A DNA stretch of 64,000 nucleotides from Ptychomitrium polyphyllum. Lineage: Eukaryota. Location of the stretch: positions 11,036,001 to 11,100,000 of the forward strand of contig OZ316775.1 of the NCBI GenBank assembly GCA_973851085.1, read 5' to 3'. The notes below the pieces were generated by a model, which saw only the letters and a program-made list of their open reading frames with translations, searched no databases and was not told where the DNA came from. Positions within the stretch are counted from its first letter, which is position 1, and every line of letters begins with the position of its first letter. A program made the position numbers and the translations under genes. This document shows positions 57,271 to 64,000 of this stretch, one piece after another.

Positions 57271-60200
57271 GTGCCCTTAAGCAATTCATATTGTGATAAT
57301 CCACTTCATGAGCCCAACCCAAGATTGATATCTTCAGAGATTAAAGAAGAAAAACTAGAACAATGTATTGCAGTTTCTTCTAATGAGCTTAGAGAAGAAC
57401 AATCAAAGATCAAAGAATTAAAATTTGAAAATAGAAAAAAATATGATATTCAAAGAATACATAATTTTCATGTAAAGTGCAAATCAACAAAGGTTGAAGG
57501 TGTAAAGTATGTAGGGCATCCTATATTTGCTAATAAAAAAAAGAAGGATAGTTTAGAAGATGGACATTTTCAAAGATTTTATAATTTTGTATCTCCCAAT
57601 CAAAAATTTAACAAAACATCTGATTCTCAAGAAGTCCATAAATTTTTGTTTATAAAAGAAGATGTACAAAGTATTGTTTCTCATGAAGAAGTTCATGGAG
57701 TTATTATTGAACTTGTAGATAGTTTGTACATGGCACTAACACAGTGCCAAAAACAAAGCCTTGATAAAAAACCAATTACTAAGGTTATTGTTGAAAAACA
57801 AAAGTCATTGATCTTGACATATGAAGATCTAACAATGGCTTTTCATATGGGAAATTTTTCAAATAAAAATATTTCTCTTATAGAAGTTGTAGACAAATAT
57901 AATGTCTTAAGAGGAGCAACCACTAATTCTATGTCACAAAACCTAGATATATGGTCAAATGAAGCACAAAATATGGGTCTTGGATGGGTTCCAATTGACA
58001 ACAATGCAACTGGATTTCAAGTAGAATCAATTCAAGCTTGGCTTGTAGCCTTGATCCTCATTCATGAATCTCAATGTAATATAAAACTATGTAATAGAGT
58101 GGATTTTAAGTTTGGAATTGATGCTCATACCATTAAAAATAGTCATATTGAAATTTTTGAAGTCATGGTTGAATTGTTATATAATCCAAGTCCCCTATCT
58201 TGTATAAGTGTTGCCAATTGGAAAGGCAAAAATCAACAATGGAATGATTTTTTTTCTTACATAGCCAAAACAACAGATTCCAAAAATATTCTTCATCAAT
58301 TAGGTGCAGTTTGTGAGGATGGATTAAAAATAGATGATCGTCATTTGGATGTCACATTTATAGAGTGCCATCATATGGCATTTTATTGTTCATCTCTTTA
58401 TAGAAACCAAACCAATGGTTTTGAAAAACAATTTTGTCCTTGGTGCACTATTTCTCATCAATCTCAATGTATTGTAACAATGGACCACAATATTGCGGCA
58501 GATGACACCATTAAAGCTTTAAGTTCAACCTACCATATGCGACCTCAATTATTAGTGGTATGCATTTGCATGCACATCAATGCTTAACTTTTTCATTCCA
58601 TTGCATTCAACCATTTGTTGCAAGTGTTGTTTATTTTGTATATTTGAGCCATTGTATAAACATAATGAAGTGATGTTTTGCACAATATTATTTTATGATG
58701 ATAAATACAACCATTATTTCGTTATTTCTATGAAACTAAGAAGTAAATTGTATTGATACTCAATATTTTTCAAAATCCAACATGTAGGAACTCAATGCCT
58801 TTCTTGAGAATCTTCATTATGAACACAAAATACATGAATTTCTTCCAGATTTAAAATCTGTAATTGTTTTTCGCCATTGGCCCATGAATTGTAATAATAT
58901 CTATAAGGTATAAATTTCGCCAAGTATACATAAAAAAAAACAAAATTTACTTAAAAATAATAAACATTTATAAATTTATGAATCAAATATTAAAGACATG
59001 TTGAATTGAATTACTAGTGCCTACAAATTTCACCTCAAACAAAAAAAAGTTCTGCTTATTAAAACTCAATATTATCTAATTGAAGTTGGATAACGTATTT
59101 TAAAAATGTAACAGAAATTTAAATACATATAATGAAATACCAATCTTTTAGTACTCTCTGAAATTGTAAAAATTATTTAGTTATTTATATCAATTATGAA
59201 GGATCATTTTTGGTGTCATATTTTTGCATGTAGCTTACACCAGGAACTATGCTGAATACCTATTGTGCTTGTCATGCACTTACACAAACCATATCACATA
59301 TGATAAGAACACTTGGAATGCAAGCCCAACAGTATGACCAACTGCATAAAGAAACACAATCTCAATTTATGTTGCTTTGGCAAGCTCTGACCAATCCACC
59401 ATTGCTTATAGAATGTGAGATTGACACACAAAGACCCACTAACAAGGAAATCAAGTATGATGAGTTTGATGAAGAAATTGCAAACCATATTCTGAATAAT
59501 CATGAAAAGCTCTTTGAGGTAAATAGTAATAAATAAAATGATTTTACTATGCTTTATAAAAAAGAACATTAAATGATGCACATGACTTTAAAAATGATTT
59601 GTACCGAGTGACATGAAAAAAATTGCTTTACTTACTACATTAACAAATACAATTTATAATCTAAAATAGAGTATTTTGATTTGCAGCTTCAATTATGTGG
59701 ATTCGTTACTGTAACAAGATTTGCTTATTAATATTTTTTATGGCTACCTTATCATATAAAATTATTTGAATTACAAATGTAAAGCATAATTGAATATTGT
59801 ATCATGATATTTTAATAAATAATAGGTAATAGAAGAAATACCTACGCTTGAGATATTTGTGTATACAAAACGTATGTGGGGAACTTATTGTTGTTTCAAT
59901 AAATTACAACAAATGAGCCTTTCCCATTCTCCAACTTCACAAGATGAAAGGTACAAACTCCCATAAACACATAAGATTATTACTTTTTTTTGGTTATAAT
60001 CATTTAAATATTAACAAAAATTTGAATATTTTCTTTCCTTGTGTTGCCATAGCTTGGTGGTGGTAGCAAGAGAATTCCTCTACTATGCAACAAAAGCACT
60101 TGGTGAAGATGTAACACTTTACATTCACATTCAAGGAGCTCATGCGGACCAATTTCAATATATGTTGCCCTATCCTATAGGCCGATTAAAAAACTCAGTT

Positions 60201-63200
60201 TGTCATTCAACTCCTCTTGAAGTTTTTTTTGGTCTACTTTATTTTCTTTTCTTTTTTGTAGATTTATGTTAATAAAAACACCATGTCATACCAAAATTTA
60301 CATTTACATGATGTATGGAACAGGCCATGCAAAGAAAACATAAACTGTACAATGATATTTCATTGGTTATGTGTACAAACGATGGTAAAACAGATTTTTA
60401 CAACAACAAGAATATGTTTGGATTAGATACAGAAATGATTGCTCAGTATGTTTGTCTAAAAATGATTGCCATGCCAACACTTCAGGTACAAAAAAATTGT
60501 ACGACGTGTCGCTTTTGAAGCTCTTGTAAATAAAAACAAGAATAGAAACTTTCAAGTATCAAATTTTACGTTTATAAAGTAGCTTTTCACCAATTAAAGT
60601 ATGTAGTTTACATTTTTGGACATTTCTTCTAACAAAGTAAAAACATTAGACTGAGCATGCAAGTTCTAATGTAATCACTGAATATCACATTGACCTTTAA
60701 ACAGGAACTGAAAAAACAAATTGAATGTTGGATCCCGTGGTCAATGAGGTCTTTTTTACATTGCCATTTCAAACAATTAGGATATGTTGCAATTTCTATA
60801 GATGAAGCAGAAAAGTTAGCTGAACATTTGCCAACTACAACTGCAAATCAAGTTTTTTGCTTGTTTAAGACTTGGTCCGAATATTATTTGAAAAACCGCT
60901 TTGAAAACGAGGTAGATTTTATTTTTAAATTTGAAAGTATTAAAAATAAAAGTATAATGTTAAAATAAAATAAACCATAATCTATAAAAACATGTTATAT
61001 ATTGAATGTTAATGATTAAACTTACACATAATTATATGTTATGTTTAAAGATTGGAACTCAATTTATTTACAATGGAAATAATACTGCATTTTGATGAAT
61101 TCATTGCAGCTTTTGCAATTACCTGAAGAATCATTTATATCAGAATCCAATCTTATACAAGATGGAGTTGATATAGAGCTGTCAAATATCACCCAAAAAA
61201 ATGTTGTTGAGGAAAATTCGTATACCTGTATGAAAACTCAAAATAAAAGTGGCTCTTGTTTAAAAATATGTAATAATGAAATGAATGATTATAAAATCCC
61301 AATTTCTATTGGAGTCCTTTGTATGGAAGAAGCTTCACATCCCAATAACTGTGAAAACTTATTCAATCATTGCGATACACAAGTAGATCCAAAATGTTTA
61401 AATAATGAAAGTTGTGAGACAAATGAAACTATTCATCAAGAAAAACATGAAGTAACAAACATTGATAGTGAATGCAATTTTTTTTTAAATAGTATAATTA
61501 ATAGTATTCTTAAAAATTCATTTGAAGGAAGGATCTTAAGCAATAAAGATAACAATCTTCACAAACAGTCTCTTGCAATTTCAAACATAAAAACAATTTC
61601 AAATGTGGAAGAGGCAAAGCAAAGCATTTTTAGAGAATATTATAATTTGAAACAAAATATAGAATATAATCAAGGTATTCAAGAGAGAATTCCAATTGAG
61701 TTTCATGAAATAAATGACAATGAAGTTAAAGTAAATTTTCTTTATCCATTGAAAGATTTTGCACTGCAAACATCAATAGTTGATTTGTATGAATCAAAAT
61801 GTCAATCTTTTGATGTTGTTGATACAGAAAAATCAAATAATAAACAATCATTACAACGTTTAAAAGATGAAAAATTACAAGAAGTATTGTCTTCTAATGT
61901 ATTTAAAAAGATCAATGCTAGTGAAGAATTGTCATGTTCTAGTAATAAATGTGAAGATAACAAACTTACATATACATTAGATAAATCTTCAAATTTAACA
62001 TTGGAAAAGCCTAAAAATCTTCAATTTCAAGATTATTCTAGTTTGATTTTAATGGTTGATTTGCAAGGAATTACAACAAATGTTCTCACAAAAAACTCAG
62101 AAAGCTTAATAGAACTTAATGGTGGTTTAAATACAAAGCATGAAAAATTCCTTGATACAAAATTCCATGTTGAAGAACACAATGTAATTAAACAAGATAA
62201 AAAATTGGAAGCTTATATATTTGAAAAAAATCTCCAAGATCTTCAATGCTTTGCTAAAGATTCACAATCTGTATTAGAAACCGCAAAAGGTAGTGATGAT
62301 GATATTAGTAGATTGACTATAAACGAGAATTTTGAATATATTAATTCAAAGAATTTGCCACAGAAAAATGAAATTGAACTCAACAAAATTCTAGTTAATA
62401 ATGTTAATAAATTAAAGAAAGATAAAAAAAATTATGTTGATTCAAAAGCTCTTGATATAGAAGCTACCAAGTCAGATAATATTCATCAATCATGCAAAAA
62501 AATCAATAAAGATACTATATTAAATAAAAAATTGCATATAATCCCACAATTTAAAGCAAAAAAAATTAATGAAAATAATGCTATTAAATCATCTACTTTG
62601 AAAAATATAAAAGAATTGAAAAATTATGCAATTAATTGTTTAGATAATTTAGATCCTGCATTAACTTTAGAAACTAAAGAAATAATGTATTCTTATCTAA
62701 CAAATAAGAGCATCATCAAACAAATAAATAATCTTGAATGTTGTTCTTTATTAGATGAAAATAAGAAAATTGATAAACATATCAATAATTTTGAATCCCT
62801 TTTAAAATCAGGCAAAGATAAGAACTTTGATGATAATGATTTATGTGCAACACACTTTCATAACAAAATTATAGATAATTACAATTATGTGATTTACAAT
62901 GGATGTGAAAGTTCGTTATCTCAAAGTCATTCACTTATACCAGAAGATGGTGGAATTTTGAAAAATAAAAGATACACGAATGATGACATCATGCATAATG
63001 AAAAATCATTTAAATTAAAAAGTTTTGAAAGATCGTTAGATTCTTTATTTGAAAAATCTCGCACTTTCAAAAAACTATATATGAAAAAAACATGTACTCA
63101 ATATAATTCATTAAAACCATCAACACCTCCACCTCTACATACTTTGTCTACAACCTCAACAAAAGTAAGAGTGCCTTCACCAAAAGTGGATACATTATAT

Positions 63201-64000
63201 CCTTGTAACCCATATCCTTTTTCTAAGGAAGACTTTATTAAGGAAAAAATTGAAAGATTACATCCTTATAAACCGTGTTATCATAAAACTCATGGTTTTG
63301 ATAAGAAGAAATCAAACAACAAATCAAATAAAACTAAATTAGAATCAATAGATTATTCCACTAAACACAAGTTTCAAAGACAACATGTTTCTCAACCATT
63401 ATGTAAGATGAAAAAAGAAACTATGACAATTTCATCTCCAAAACAAGATTTGTACTTAAAACCTAATGGCATCCAAAATAATGAAAAATTTCATGAAATT
63501 AAGAAACCAGAGTCAAGTTTGCAATGTTCCAAAAAATGTAAATTTATAAAAGCTGATAATGCCTTTCCTGAACCCAAAAAATTAAAATCTTTGCATGTTG
63601 AACATGAGTCTACTGAAAATGAAATTTTTGTACCATTTGTATTTGATGATGCAAGATTCTTTATGCCAAACAAACATGATGGCATTCAAAATTCAAACGC
63701 TTCTTGTGATGAAGAACAAGAGAGAGTTTCATTAAATTCAAAAAAGAAGGTAACGGTTAATCCAAATGATTATATAATCTTACCAAGTAGTTTGCAATGT
63801 CAACAAGTCCCTACATGGGTGGCCATGGCAGATTCAAAATTTGTTACACAAGACGATAGTGGTAATTTCAATTATGAAGGTCACAGAAATCAAGAGCCTT
63901 ATTACAATGAAGTTGTACAAATTTGCCACCATCCTTTAGACACATCTGTAGAATTAAGGATTAAGGATATTGATTTGCAAACAGCACCTTGCAAAGGAAC
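57271..64000 (+). CDS. Multi-exon RAG1/Transib-like transposase-derived protein with LysM-like insert, homeodomain-like exon and long low-complexity tail; 3' end outside the window
   Basis: Phase-compatible GT-AG exons 57271-58557, 58788-58907, 59234-59518, 59826-59950, 60053-60197, 60324-60485, 60705-60911 and 61110->64000 give one open frame. Motifs in order: FKFGIDAH, NPSPLSC, FCPWC, CACHAL, TLYIHIQGAH, PIGRLKNS|AMQRKHKLY. The exon structure is well supported; the family call is by eye. Confidence 0.72.

Overview
Eukaryotic nuclear DNA from an intron-rich land plant. Gene content and compact introns suggest a bryophyte (moss-like); this is inference. In order: RPL37 (-, partial), transportin-1 (+), YqaJ/lambda-exonuclease-like PD-(D/E)xK protein (-, intronless CDS), ENO3-type enolase (-), UBP25-like deubiquitinase (+), small membrane-anchored J-domain protein (-), SUVR-type WIYLD/SET methyltransferase (+), HemW-like radical SAM protein (-, intronless), CP12 (-) and OWL1/DNAJC11-like J protein (+). 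From 57271 to past the window end lies an unannotated multi-exon gene. Its spliced product carries RAG1/Transib-type transposase motifs in the right order. Zn ligands are kept, but two of three catalytic acids appear substituted (D->H, E->Q). It also has a LysM-like insert, a degenerate homeodomain-like exon and a stop-free exon of >2.8 kb that the ORF track misses. It can be spliced in frame to the upstream OWL1-like gene, so it is a candidate domesticated-transposase fusion gene. Other points: an ENY2/Sus1-like tail on UBP25, a GC-AG intron in enolase, and sharply bounded AT-rich, CpG-poor blocks. All family calls come from motif recognition by eye, with no database search.
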